A DNA stretch of 64,000 nucleotides from Heptranchias perlo (taxonomy: Eukaryota), in NCBI RefSeq assembly GCF_035084215.1, contig NC_090340.1, positions 3,100,001 to 3,164,000 on the forward strand, written 5' to 3'. The notes under the pieces are model-generated. The model ran no database searches, was not told the origin of the DNA, and saw only the letters and a list, made by a program, of their open reading frames with translations. Positions 50,930-61,417 of the stretch are shown here, piece by piece. Positions within the stretch are counted from its first letter, which is position 1. Every line of letters starts with the position of its first letter. The position numbers and the translations under genes were made by a program.

Positions 50930-51948
50930 GAGGAATAGAAGCTAACTATTTGGTTTATATACTTACGATTTCTTATTTCACTATAGAGAAGCAAAGGAGC
51001 GACGAAACTAAAATACTATATATATATATATATATATGGCAAAAGAGACAAGGGCAAAGCTAAATCTCAGGTAAACAGACAGTAACTCTCAGCAAAATGG
51101 CAGGACAACTGAGACCCGTTGAATGCGCATCCTGTGCCGTGTGGGAAGATCAGGACGCTTCGTGTCTCCTGTTTAACCATGTGTGCAGGTTATGCCTCTG
51201 ACTCTTCGAGCTCGAGCTCCAGCACAGTGTTTCTGAGCTTGATGGGCGGCTTTTGTCACTGCGGGTCATTCGGGAGGCTGAAAATATCCTGTATCCCGCG
51301 TTCCAGGAGGTGGCAACCCGGCAGCCATAGAGAGATCAGGAGGACAGTAAATGGCTGGCCATCAGGCAGTGAAGGAAGAAGTGCAGGAATCCTTGGGAAA
51401 TGTGGAGCTCACCAACCGGTTTTCAGTGCTGAATACCGGTAAGGTTGACGACACCTCGAAGGAATGCAGTCTAGAGCAAATCCATGACACTGGGGGGCAA
51501 ATATTTGCACAGGGGGCACAGTGAAGTGTACAAATACAATCATCATAGGTGATTCGATAGAGAGGGGGATAGACAAGCGTTTCTGCAACTGTCGATATGA
51601 ATCTCGTATGGTGTTTTGGCTCCTTGGTGCCAGCTTAAAAGATGTCATGGAAAGGATGTAGAACATTCTACGTGGGGAAAGGGAACAGCCAGAAGTCATG
51701 GTCTATTTTGGAACCAATAACATAGGAAGTAAAATGGTTGAGGTCCGACAGACAGAGTTTCAGGAGCTAAGGAGGAAACTGAAGAGACGGACCTCAAAGG
51801 TGGTAATGTCTGGATTCATCCTATTACCACGAAAAAGTGAGTATAGAAATAGCAACAGAGAGCCCGTTAATTCGGGCTGGATAAATGGTGAAGGAGAGAG
51901 GGCTTCAGATTCCTGTGGCATTAGGACCCAGTCAGGGGCAGAAGGGAC
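50930..51948 (+). mobile_element. CR1 5' UTR and ORF1 (zinc finger + SGNH esterase), decayed; continues at 53713-53800
   Basis: ATG 51097 MAGQLRPVECASCAVWE..HVCRLC; IIGDSI..GIDKRFC; VYFGTNNIG; DRLHL (DxxH) after the inserted LINE. Confidence 0.85.
51017..51037. repeat. (TA)n microsatellite
   Basis: About ten TA units. Confidence 0.95.
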
Positions 51949-53712
51949 CTTTTTTTTTTTATTCGTTCACGGGATGTGGGCGTCGCTGGCAAGGCCGGCA
52001 TTTATTGCCCATCCCTAATTGCCCTTGAGAAGGTGGTGGTGAGCCGCCTTCTTGAACCGCTGCAGTCCGTGGGGTGACGGTTCTCCCACAGTGCTGTTAG
52101 GAAGGGAGTTCCAGGATTTTGACCCAGCGACAATGAAGGAACGGCGATATATTTCCAAGTCGGGATGGTGTGTGACTTGGAGGGGAACGTGCAGGTGGTG
52201 TTGTTCCCATGCGCCTGCTGCCCTTGTCCTTCTAGGTGGTAGAGGTCGCGGGTTTGGGAGGTGCTGTCGAAGAAGCCTTGGCGAGTTGCTGCAGTGCATC
52301 CTGTGGATGGTGCACACTGCAGCCACAGTGCGCCGGTGGTGAAGGGAGTGAATGTTTAGGGTGGTGGATGGGGTGCCAATCAAGCGGGCTGCTTTATCTT
52401 GGATGGTGTCGAGCTTCTTGAGTGTTGTTGGAGCTGCACTCATCCAGGCAAGTGGAGAGTATTCCATCACACTCCTGACTTGTGCCTTGTAGATGGTGGA
52501 AAGGCTTTGGGGAGTCAGGAGGTGAGTCACTCGCCGCAGAATACCCAGCCTCTGACCTGCTTTTGTAGCCACAGTATTTATATGGCTGGTCCAGTTAAGT
52601 TTCTGGTCAATGGTAACCCCCAGGATGTTGATGGTGGGGTATTCGGCGATGGTAATGCCGTTGAATGTCAAGGGGAGGTGGTTAGACTCTCTCTTGTTGG
52701 AGATGGTCATTGCCTGGCACTTATCTGGCGCGAATGTTACTTGCCACTTATCAGCCCAAGCCTGGATGTTGTCCAGGTCTTGCTGCATGCGGGCTCGGAC
52801 TGCTTCATTATCTGAGGGGTTGCGAATGGAACTGAACACTGTGCAGTCATCAGCGAACATCCCCATTTCTGACCTTATGATGGAGGGAAGGTCATTGATG
52901 AAGCAGCTGAAGATGGTTGGGCCTAGGACACTGCCCTGAGGAACTCCTGCAGCAATGCCCTGGGGCTGAGATGATTGGCCTCCAACAACCACTACCATCT
53001 TCCTTTGTGCTAGGTATGACTCCAGCCACTGGAGAGTTTTCCCCCTGATTCCCATTGACTTCAATTTTACGAGGGCTCCTTGGTGCCACACTCGGTCAAA
53101 TGCTGCCTTGATGTCAAGGGCAGTCACTCTCACCTCACCTCTGGAATTCAGCTCTTTTGTCCATGTTTGGACCAAGGCTGTAATGAGGTCTGGAGCCGAG
53201 TGGTCCTGGCGGAACCCAAACTGAGCATCGGTGAGCAGGTTATTGGTGAGTAAGTGCCGCTTGATAGCACTGTCGACGACACCTTCCATCACTTTGCTGA
53301 TGATTGAGAGTAGACTGATGGGGCGGTAATTGGCCGGATTGGATTTGTCCTGCTTTTTGTGGACAGGACATACCAGGGCAATTTTCCACATTGTCGGGTG
53401 GATGCCAGTGTTGTAGCTGTACTGGAACAGCTTGGCTAGAGGCGCAGCTAGTTCTGGAGCACAAGTCTTCAGCACTACAGCTGGGATGTTGTCGGGGCCC
53501 ATAGCCTTTGCTGTATCCAGTGCACTCAGCCGTTTCTTGATATCACGTGGAGTGAATTGAATTGGCCGAAGACTGGCTTCCGTGATGGTGGGGATATCGG
53601 GAGGAGGCTGAGATGGATTATCCACTCGGCACTTCTGGCTGAAGATGATTAATGCAAACGCTTCAGCCTTGTCTTTTGCACTCACGTGCTGGACTCCGCC
53701 ATCATTGAGAAT
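51949..53712 (-). mobile_element. Young 5'-truncated LINE family B with uninterrupted RT reading frame
   Basis: ORF 52015-53754 open for 579 codons (first ~13 aa are flank); intact GVPQGSVLGP/MFADD; clean poly(T) at 51950-51960. Confidence 0.97.
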
Positions 53713-53809
53713 GGACCGTTTGCACCTGACGAATGCTGGGACAAATGCCCTCACAGGTAGATTAACTAGTGCAGTGTGGAAGGGTTTAAATACTGGCAGG
53801 AAGGCCGGT

Positions 53810-54055
53810 TACCAGAGGACACAATTTTAAGATAATTTGCAAAAAAGCCAGGGGGAATGCAGTGCCTGAAAGGGAGGTGGAAGCAGATTCAATACTAACT
53901 TTCAAAAGGAAAGTAGATATATGCTTAAAACGAAAAAAAAATGTAGTTCGATGCAGCAACAGCTCGCCAGTGGGACTAATTGTTAGGACTTTCCGAGAGC
54001 CGCCACAGGCACGATGGTACGAATGGCCTCATTCAAAGCTGTATGATTCTATGAT
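53810..54055 (+). mobile_element. CR1 3' tail fragment
   Basis: GCCTGAAAGGGAGGTGGAAGCAGATTC..GAATGGCCTC..GTATGATTCTATGATT. Confidence 0.75.
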
Positions 54056-54549
54056 TTACACTTAACATGCAACACTCAGTTGCTTCAGTAGCTGTTTCAA
54101 ATAAACATATCAACCGCAAAGAACGTGTGAACAAAAGCTTGTCGTGCAACACAGGCTACTGAGAAAAGAGACAAAGAGAAACAAAATTTATTCTAGTGGT
54201 GATCTGATGTCAAAACCGCAACTCCTTCCGTTAATTTTTGAGAATGTTACTGGTTTGCAGATGTTGTACACGAAAATAAGTGAGAAAAATATTCTGTGTC
54301 AAAACAAAAATATTTAATTGAATGTGATGAATGCTTCTGAAGTTCAAAAAGCTTTAATAATCTTTTGAGTGATCTCGAATGGTACACCTCATTATTATAT
54401 GTAATTCCAAGGTTATTAATCAGGGACTGTGAGTGAACTTTACAAAAATTGAGCTCCTCAGCCTATAAAGAAGACGACTGTGAGGTTACCTGACTGAAGC
54501 ACGTCCTCAGTAATTAAATCGTGTTACATATCTTTTTATCTTCCATGGC

Positions 54550-54970
54550 GCTTGACGTAGTTCACCACACAGACATCCTCCACAACCTATTCATGCCGTT
54601 GAACTTTATGAATTGGGTTTGTCTTCTGCTAGCCCGGTCGTAGCCTGTATAACTCGGGCAATGGTTACTGTTCACACCGCCACATCCCTGCAGTGACCCA
54701 CTTCTCCCGAAGTTCTGTCGTTGGACATTTCTTCTCCTCCTTTTGCTGACAATTTGTGCCATTATATCCCTAATCGTGGGAATCACTTCCATATGTTTGC
54801 TGAAAACCCCAGATTCACCAGTCCATGACCACAACAGCACAGTCTACCTGTTCGGCTGAAATGCTGCCGTGGGTCATCCAGAATTTCATCAACTTAAATA
54901 TATGTAAAACTAAAACCACCTATTCCTTCTCCCACCTGAAAGTCCACATGGTACTCCAATCATCCTCCTC
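54550..54970 (+). mobile_element. Ancient L2-like LINE RT remnant
   Basis: Degenerate FHMFAE (YADD region) and NFINLNICKTK motifs, CACCACACAGACATCCTCCACAACCT (DHxILLxRL-like). Confidence 0.5.
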
Positions 54971-55122
54971 CTTGGTGCTCAATGCAACTGGAACATTCTC
55001 GATAATCCGCTTCACTATCAGCTGTATTTAAAAGTCTTATTTAATACCTTACATGAAATTTGAGACATGCGCCTAATTGTTTCAAAAATGAATGGGGATG
55101 CTCTCAAGAGTCTGGTAAAGGT

Positions 55123-55144
55123 CACATGCAAATAGCTGCACATG
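55123..55144 (+). promoter_or_regulatory. Ig-type octamer ATGCAAAT (55126-55133) with two CACATG E-boxes
   Basis: GTCACATGCAAATAGCTGCACATG, ~530 bp upstream of the V exon; function inferred only from position. Confidence 0.35.
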
Positions 55145-55398
55145 TTGATTGAAGCATTACTGTTTAACACAACATCAAAGTGTTAACGTTTTTTAGCGTC
55201 AGAATAAATTGGACGGACAGTGAGCTGTTTTCCCGCGGAGCCACACACCATATGGAATTGACATTTTTTCATGTTCTAATTGACAAAATGTAGCATTATC
55301 TCACGACTGTGCGGATTAACCTCCCGGAAAAGAACCAGTAGATCTAAATTGAAATTGTTATTTATCGGTAAACTACTAACCAATCTATCCCTGTGGAA

Positions 55399-55456
55399 AT
55401 CAATTCCCCCGCTCCCTCTCTCCGTCACTCTCTCTACCTGGGGATTTTCTACACAG
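55399..55456 (+). other. Candidate leader exon of the IgSF gene, lacking an in-frame ATG
   Basis: Phase-1 donor CAG/GTATTC at 55457; frame reads (I)NSPAPSLRHSLYLGIFYT, joining in frame to V-AQDVS; ATC at 55399 where ATG would be expected. Confidence 0.35.
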
Positions 55457-55661
55457 GTATTCGACCGATTTTACTGGAGCAGAGAATTGTCATCAATTAT
55501 AGAACGTTCGTATTTCTCTTTGTTCTGTTTGATTGATCACGTTTTAAATTGTTTCCTTTATATTGCGCTATTCTGCTTGTCTCAGTTATGTTCTGTTATT
55601 AATTGTTGGAGTTATTTTGTGTTTAAAGTAAATATTGTGCTACTGTTTTTATTTCCGACAG

Positions 55662-55973
55662 TTGCGCAGGATGTTTCTCGGAATGTCCCTGAATCTGTAA
55701 TGGCGAACAGGGGTGACAATGTAACCTTACACGGCAACGTATCTGGATTCCAGACCAATGAGTACATGAATGTTTACTGGCGTAAGAGCGATTCCAATCA
55801 AACCGTAATAATAGAGTCTGACAACCGCGTAATATCTCGTGTTCGATCGAATGGAACATTTTTCCTTCATCTCCATACTGTGAGTTTCCAGGACTCTGGA
55901 GCCTATCATTGTAGAGTGGCAGTTGGGAATTTCGATTATGTTGATGGATGCGGCACAGAACTGATTGTATGTG
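55662..55973 (+). CDS. Germline-joined VJ-type Ig variable-domain exon of an antigen-receptor-like/SIRP-like IgSF gene
   Basis: Acceptor TTTTTATTTCCGACAG, donor GTAAGT, 312 nt phase 1-1, open. VAQDVS..GDNVTLHG..VYW..LHLHTVSFQDSGAYHC..DGCGTELIVC: DSGxYxC and GxGTxLxV motifs in one exon. Confidence 0.92.
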
Positions 55974-56044
55974 GTAAGTGGCTTTCCATGAAAACCTAAA
56001 TGTTGTTCAGGCACTTATGACATCATGAAAGACAAGAGAATGGC

Positions 56045-56084
56045 TGGATGGACGGATAGATAGATAGATAGTAGATAGATGGAT
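56045..56084. repeat. (GGAT/GATA)n microsatellite
   Basis: TGGATGGACGGATAGATAGATAGATAGTAGATAGATGGATG. Confidence 0.85.
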
Positions 56085-57739
56085 GAAAATATTGGTTAAC
56101 AGAGCTGACGTTCAACTCTAGAAATACTACGCATCTTCCTTAATAACATTCGATATAGATTAAAATCGTCACAGTTTCTACCTGGGAAATTAAGTGAATA
56201 CTTATATATAGGAGTTCTCTATCAAAAGCTGATACAGGTGATAAGTTATTTAATTTTGGGGTGTTCCGCGGCTCTTACGCCGAATTAAAAGTGGATGAGC
56301 GGCAGAATACCCCATAAAACTCTCTGCGGACCATGTACAGCACAACACACGCTGGCATTCGAGTCTGGAGGCAATCTGGCCAAATGAGAGAGACGCCCCC
56401 CAAAAATACAAATCACTCAAAGGAAGAATGGCAGCGGAAAGGAAAGCAGTTTGATCGGTGTGAAAGTCGCCTTAGGCGTCAGCGCAACACGCAGGTCCGC
56501 ATCGGGAACCGGCCACTTTCCTGTTGACTACAATTGGATGGCAAATCGGGCAGGTGTCTTTGCTCTTTTGGGCTGCGGCCAAAGGCAACCCGTGCATGGA
56601 AGTCAATGGGAAACGAAATCCAGCGGGTGACCCGCTAGCGTCAGTCTTTGTCCGTCTAGACTTGGATTTCACCCAAATATGCTACTTTAAAATTCTTATT
56701 TGGACATTGAGCCTCCAAAAATGCTTCTCATCATTTTGACATTCTAAAAAAGTGAACCGAGACTTGTTTTTTAGACAGATAAATAAAAATGAAGTGAAGC
56801 AACAAATAAGTGCACCATAACGTAATCCAATTATTGCCCCTCACTTGCAATTGCTAATTCATCTCATTGGTGAATGAAATCATAATGTTGCTCCAGAACT
56901 CACTTGGGTAGATTTTCAACTTGCGGCCAGGGTGTAAAACCGGTATTGGCAATGGGCCTTTTATAGAATCTCACCCCAGTTGAAATTGGCCCCGATGATA
57001 CCGGTTTCAAATAAGCAGGCTCTATCATATAAGGTTATTTTCGGAAGCGTTTTGCCTCCCACTTATTCCCGTTAATTCGTCTTTTTGGTGAATGAAATCA
57101 TAAAGTTGTTGCAGAACTTATATGGGTACATTTTTAACTTGCCGCCAGGGCCCAAACCTGACATTGCATGTGATCCGTCTATTCTAAAAACCTCCCCAAT
57201 TTAATATCCATTGACATCAAATCGTACCATTTTCCACTTAGGCCCAGGGTCCATATATATATCCTCTCAGTGAGCGACTTCTCCTCAAGACTAACTGCTT
57301 TAAGCTAGTATTAGGCTTTCGCTGGCCTTAGTAAACATTTTTTAGCGGTAATTGTGAAGAACCACTTGATATTTCCATGGGTTCTCCCCGTCTCCTCGGG
57401 TAACTTCGGGCAGAGACCGGCGGAACCAGAGAAAAACGGATTTTGTGGGATTTCCATTGGTCTCCCGCAGACACTGCGCAGCCTCATGGAATTTCACGGC
57501 CCAGACAACAGCATTAAGTTAATTAACCTGCTCTCAATTGGGAGAATCTGAAGAGGGACAATATAGACATTTGTAGACCAGACAAAATAGGGAATGTTGT
57601 TTGCTGTGACAAAGACTGTACACAACTTCAAGATAATATAGATAGGTTGGAAGATTGGTTAGAATCAAGTCAGGTGAAATTTAACGTGGAGATATATGAG
57701 TTAATGCTTTTGGGGAGGAGGAATGAGATCGAATTCAAC

Positions 57740-58150
57740 TGTTAGTGTAGGGTTATAGTTATCTTAGTGTTTAGTAATGCGGAGATGTCGACTAATAATC
57801 CTGACAACATCAGATCAAATCTCAATTTTGCAGTTTGAAAATGTTAGATCAGTTTTAAAAATATGGAAATAAAAAGCTGGGATGAGTGGATTGTCGAGAA
57901 ATCTTACTGGTGCACGAATGTTCTTTAGGGAATGAAATCTGCCATCCTTACTCGGTCTGGCCTAAATGTGTTTCCAATCCTACACCAACGTGGTTGACTC
58001 TCAATTGCCCTCTGAAGTAGATTAGAAAGATAACCTGTTGCCTGAAACCGCTACAAAGGTGGCCCACAAACACAGTCTCCGGGCAATTATAGATGGCCAA
58101 TAAATTATGGCATTGCCAGTGACACACACATTCCAAGAATGAATTAAAAA
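57740..58150 (+). mobile_element. tRNA-derived SINE ending in a family-B LINE-like tail
   Basis: CTTTAGGGAATGAAATCTGCCATCCTTACTCGGTCTGGCCT..TGGTTGACTCTCAATTGCCCTCTGAA; tail GGGCAATTATAGATGGCCAATAAA..GCCAGTGACACACACATTCCAAGAATGAAT. Confidence 0.75.
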
Positions 58151-59273
58151 CAAATCATAGACAAAAATATTAAAGAGCAAGCCGATTTAGGAGTTTGGGC
58201 AGCAATTTCAAAAGATGGCAAAAGGAATAGGCAAAGCTTTAAAAACAATCAAATTCAATCGACTCCAGCGGAGAGTCTCCTGGTCCGTCGCCGTAACTCT
58301 GGCTGGAGACTGGCTCAACCCGTGAAGAAACGTTCTCCCTGTCAGCAGCCGGCCGGTTATACCGTTTCACTGCCCGTGTCCTGCGCGAAACGAATCATAA
58401 CTCCTGCTGAATTTTAGGGCCCTATTTTTTATATAATGGAGCATACGGATCAAAGCAATGGCGTCCCAAAATCTATAAAAATCATTGGGCAGACTCGATT
58501 TAGAAAACTGTGTACAGCTTTAATGGGATTACGTTTGGGAAAGATGTCAAGACGCTGAGAGGTTTCAAAAGATTTTCACCAACATGGGATGAAGGCTGAG
58601 ACGGTTTAGTTATGAGAAGAGACGACAGAAATTGGGACATTATTCCCGAAATCAGTGAGATTTAAGAGATCTGATTGAACGTCACCAGATGTCGATCCCA
58701 CGGAATTTCAGTGCCTTTAGTTCCACTGAGTATTTTCCAGGGCGGCTTGTTTAGGAATTGGGTTCATTTGGAAATCAGCGAGATGCTGTAGAGGGAGCAG
58801 AGTTCAATTGGTACTCTAGTGGGTAAATTCAAATAGGCAGAAGAGCTTTTCTCATTTGCACATGTTTTTTGGATCATGCGATATTTTATTTGGAGTAAAG
58901 ATTCATCAACAGTTGAATGAAAGGCCCTTCTCCAATCAAAATCACATTTCCTCAAAATCGATTTTAAACATCAAGCAAATCTAGTTTTGTTCTGTGAAAG
59001 TTTTGAGCACAGATTTAACTACGTAGCAGAAGCTTTTTTTTGTCTCGCACGCATTTTGTTCATAACATAGCATGAACCTATTGTATCTTGCGTTTACTAA
59101 TTGTTGCTTTAACATATTGACAATACAAACATCAACTTTACGTAATGTCCGTTCTAATGTGATCCTAGCTGAACCTTAAAATGATTGTTGACTTCCTTGC
59201 TGCTCTTTGGATCGCAGTCGAATTTGGTTCACAATTAAATTCAAAATAACATTTATTTCTATTTTCTCAACAG

Positions 59274-59579
59274 TTCCTCCGACGCCTTTGCAGATTTCCT
59301 CCACTGTGTTTAGAAGTGGGTCATCGACTGCTTTGACTCTTGTGTGTAAAACAGCTGCGTTTTTCCCGGAAAAGCTGAACATCAGTTGGTATAAAAATGG
59401 AGCCGAAATTCTGAGCGGGATGGAACGAATCAAAGACCGGAACCCAGCGGGACTGTATAAAGTTTCCAGTTATCTCAATCAAAAAGGTTCGTGTCAGAGC
59501 GGAACCAATTATACCTGTCTGGTATCACACGTCTCTCTCCAGACTGGAGCCAGTGTTCATTACATTTATCAAACTTCAG
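59274..59579 (+). CDS. Ig C1-set constant-domain exon of the same gene
   Basis: Acceptor TTTCTATTTTCTCAACAG, donor GTAAGT, 306 nt phase 1-1, open. LTLVCKTAAFFPEKLNISWYKNG..GLYKVSSYL..YTCLVSHVSL: C1 hallmarks (Cx4FFP, W, YxCxVxH). Confidence 0.95.
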
Positions 59580-59724
59580 GTAAGTTTTCAAGTTTAAAAA
59601 CAGCTATGTATAAATTCGAAAATGCAGACAAAAATGTTTTGGAATAGTTGCAGATTTTCTCCGCATTTCTTCGAATTGTTGATTCTGCTGAGATCCGTCT
59701 CCATGGATTGCCGAAACTATTTTG

Positions 59725-60692
59725 TGCCCAACCATCTTCAGCTGCTTCATCAATGACCTTCCCTCCATCATAAGGTCAGAAATGGGGATGTTCGCTGACG
59801 ATTGCACAGTGTTCTGTTCCATTCGCAACTCCTCAGATAATGAATCAGGCCATGCCCGCATGCAGTAAGACCTGGAGCACATCAAGGCTTGGGCTGAGAA
59901 GTGGCAAGTAACATGCACGTCAGACAAGTGCCAGGCAATGCCCATCTAAAACAAGAGAGAGTCTAACCACCTCCTGTTGTCATTCAACGGGATTACAATC
60001 GCCGAATTCCCCGCCATCAACATCCTGGGAGTCACCATTGACCAGAAAGTTAACTTGCCAGCCATATAAATAATGTGGCTACAAGGGCAGGTCAGAGGCT
60101 GTGTATTCTGTGTCGAGTGACTCACCTCCTGACTCCCCAAAGCCTTTCCACTATCTACAAGGTACAAGTCAGGAGTGTGATGGAATACTCTCCACTTGCC
60201 TGGATGAGTGCAGCTCCAACAACACCCAAGAAGCTGGACACTATCCAGGACAAACCAACCCACTGATTGACACAACATCCATCACTCTAAACATCCATTC
60301 CCTTTAACACGACAACACTGTGGCTGCAGTGTGTACCATCGACAGGATGCACTGCAGCAACTCCCCAAGGCTTCTTTGACAGCACCTCCCAACCCCGCGA
60401 CCTCCACTACCTAGAAGAACAAGGCCAGCAGGCACGTGGGAACAACACCACCTGCACCTTCCCCTACAAGTCATACACCACCCTGACTTGGAAATATATC
60501 GCCGTTCCTTCATCGTCGCTGGGTCAAAATCCTGGAGCTCCCGACCTAACAGCACTGTGGGAGAACCTTCACCACGTGGGCTGCAGCAGTTCAAGAAGGT
60601 AGCTCACCACTACCTTCTCAAGGGCAATTAGGGATGGGCAATCAACGCTGGCCTCACCAGCGACGCCCACCTCCCATGAAGGATAAAAAAAA
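59725..60692 (+). mobile_element. LINE family B 3' fragment, decayed
   Basis: GGGATGTTCGCTGACGATTGC, ORF 60075-60266, family B tail and A-run. Confidence 0.92.
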
Positions 60693-61417
60693 GATGGAGG
60701 TCGGGTTTGCCGCCTCAATAAATTGATGAGAACTTCCGGAAATGCACTAACCTGAAACTTTCTGACCTGTTTTACTCTTAAATCAAGCGGAATTTCGACA
60801 AATCTTTGCATGGAAGCCCTCTCCCATCCTCTTGGGAATTCCAGACTTTACCGTCTGCAATTTCGGCGGCGAATTTGGCCTTTTGTCCGAGGTTTGCGGG
60901 ATTATCCTCCGAGGGGGGAGAACAGGACAACCTTGAGCTAAAATTCTGCCCTTTTGTATTCAGACCTTTGCCGGATGTTGTCTTCACCAAACAAGCCTTG
61001 CATGAATCTAGTTTTAGTCGTCAATTCACTCAGTATACCGGCAGCATTCTATAAGGCTGGTAACAGATTTATTTCTTTGTATAAATTTCGTGATTGTGCG
61101 AAATGAGGGAGAAGTTTTGTTTGCATAGAAATAATTGCTTAAATGTCAGTCAACCATATCTCAGAATTACAGCATTTCAATCAAATTATTTTGTCAAGAA
61201 AATGCATTAGCCGCACTCATGTTTTGTTGTATATCTGGATTCTCCGCGCTTCAAGTGTTAGTCATTGACATTATTTTTGTGCGCAATTCCAAATATGACC
61301 GTTAATTTGAAACTTCCGTTGCAAATACGTTTAATTAAGCTGGCGGGAATAAACCGTCAGAAGCCTGAAATCTTTCACCGTCGGGGTAAAGAAAAGTTGT
61401 GACTAACAGTGATTGGG

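Noticed and set aside
52052-52939. Recurrent antisense ORFs in family B LINEs (e.g. MNRCSP.., MDGVELL..)
   Set aside because: They recur only because the LINE copies are homologous; no recognisable domain; shadow frames of ORF2.
55280-55661. N-terminal extension of the 239-aa ORF 55280-55999 with hydrophobic stretches
   Set aside because: Starts at a non-ATG codon and runs through T-rich intron up to a canonical acceptor at 55661; only 55662-55973 is Ig-like.
60964-61059. Open phase 1-1 exon candidate downstream of C1 (DLCRMLSSPNKPCMNLVLVVNSLSIPAAFYKA)
   Set aside because: Not hydrophobic enough for a TM, weak donor (GTAACA), and the acceptor overlaps a repeat end; cannot be supported without transcripts.
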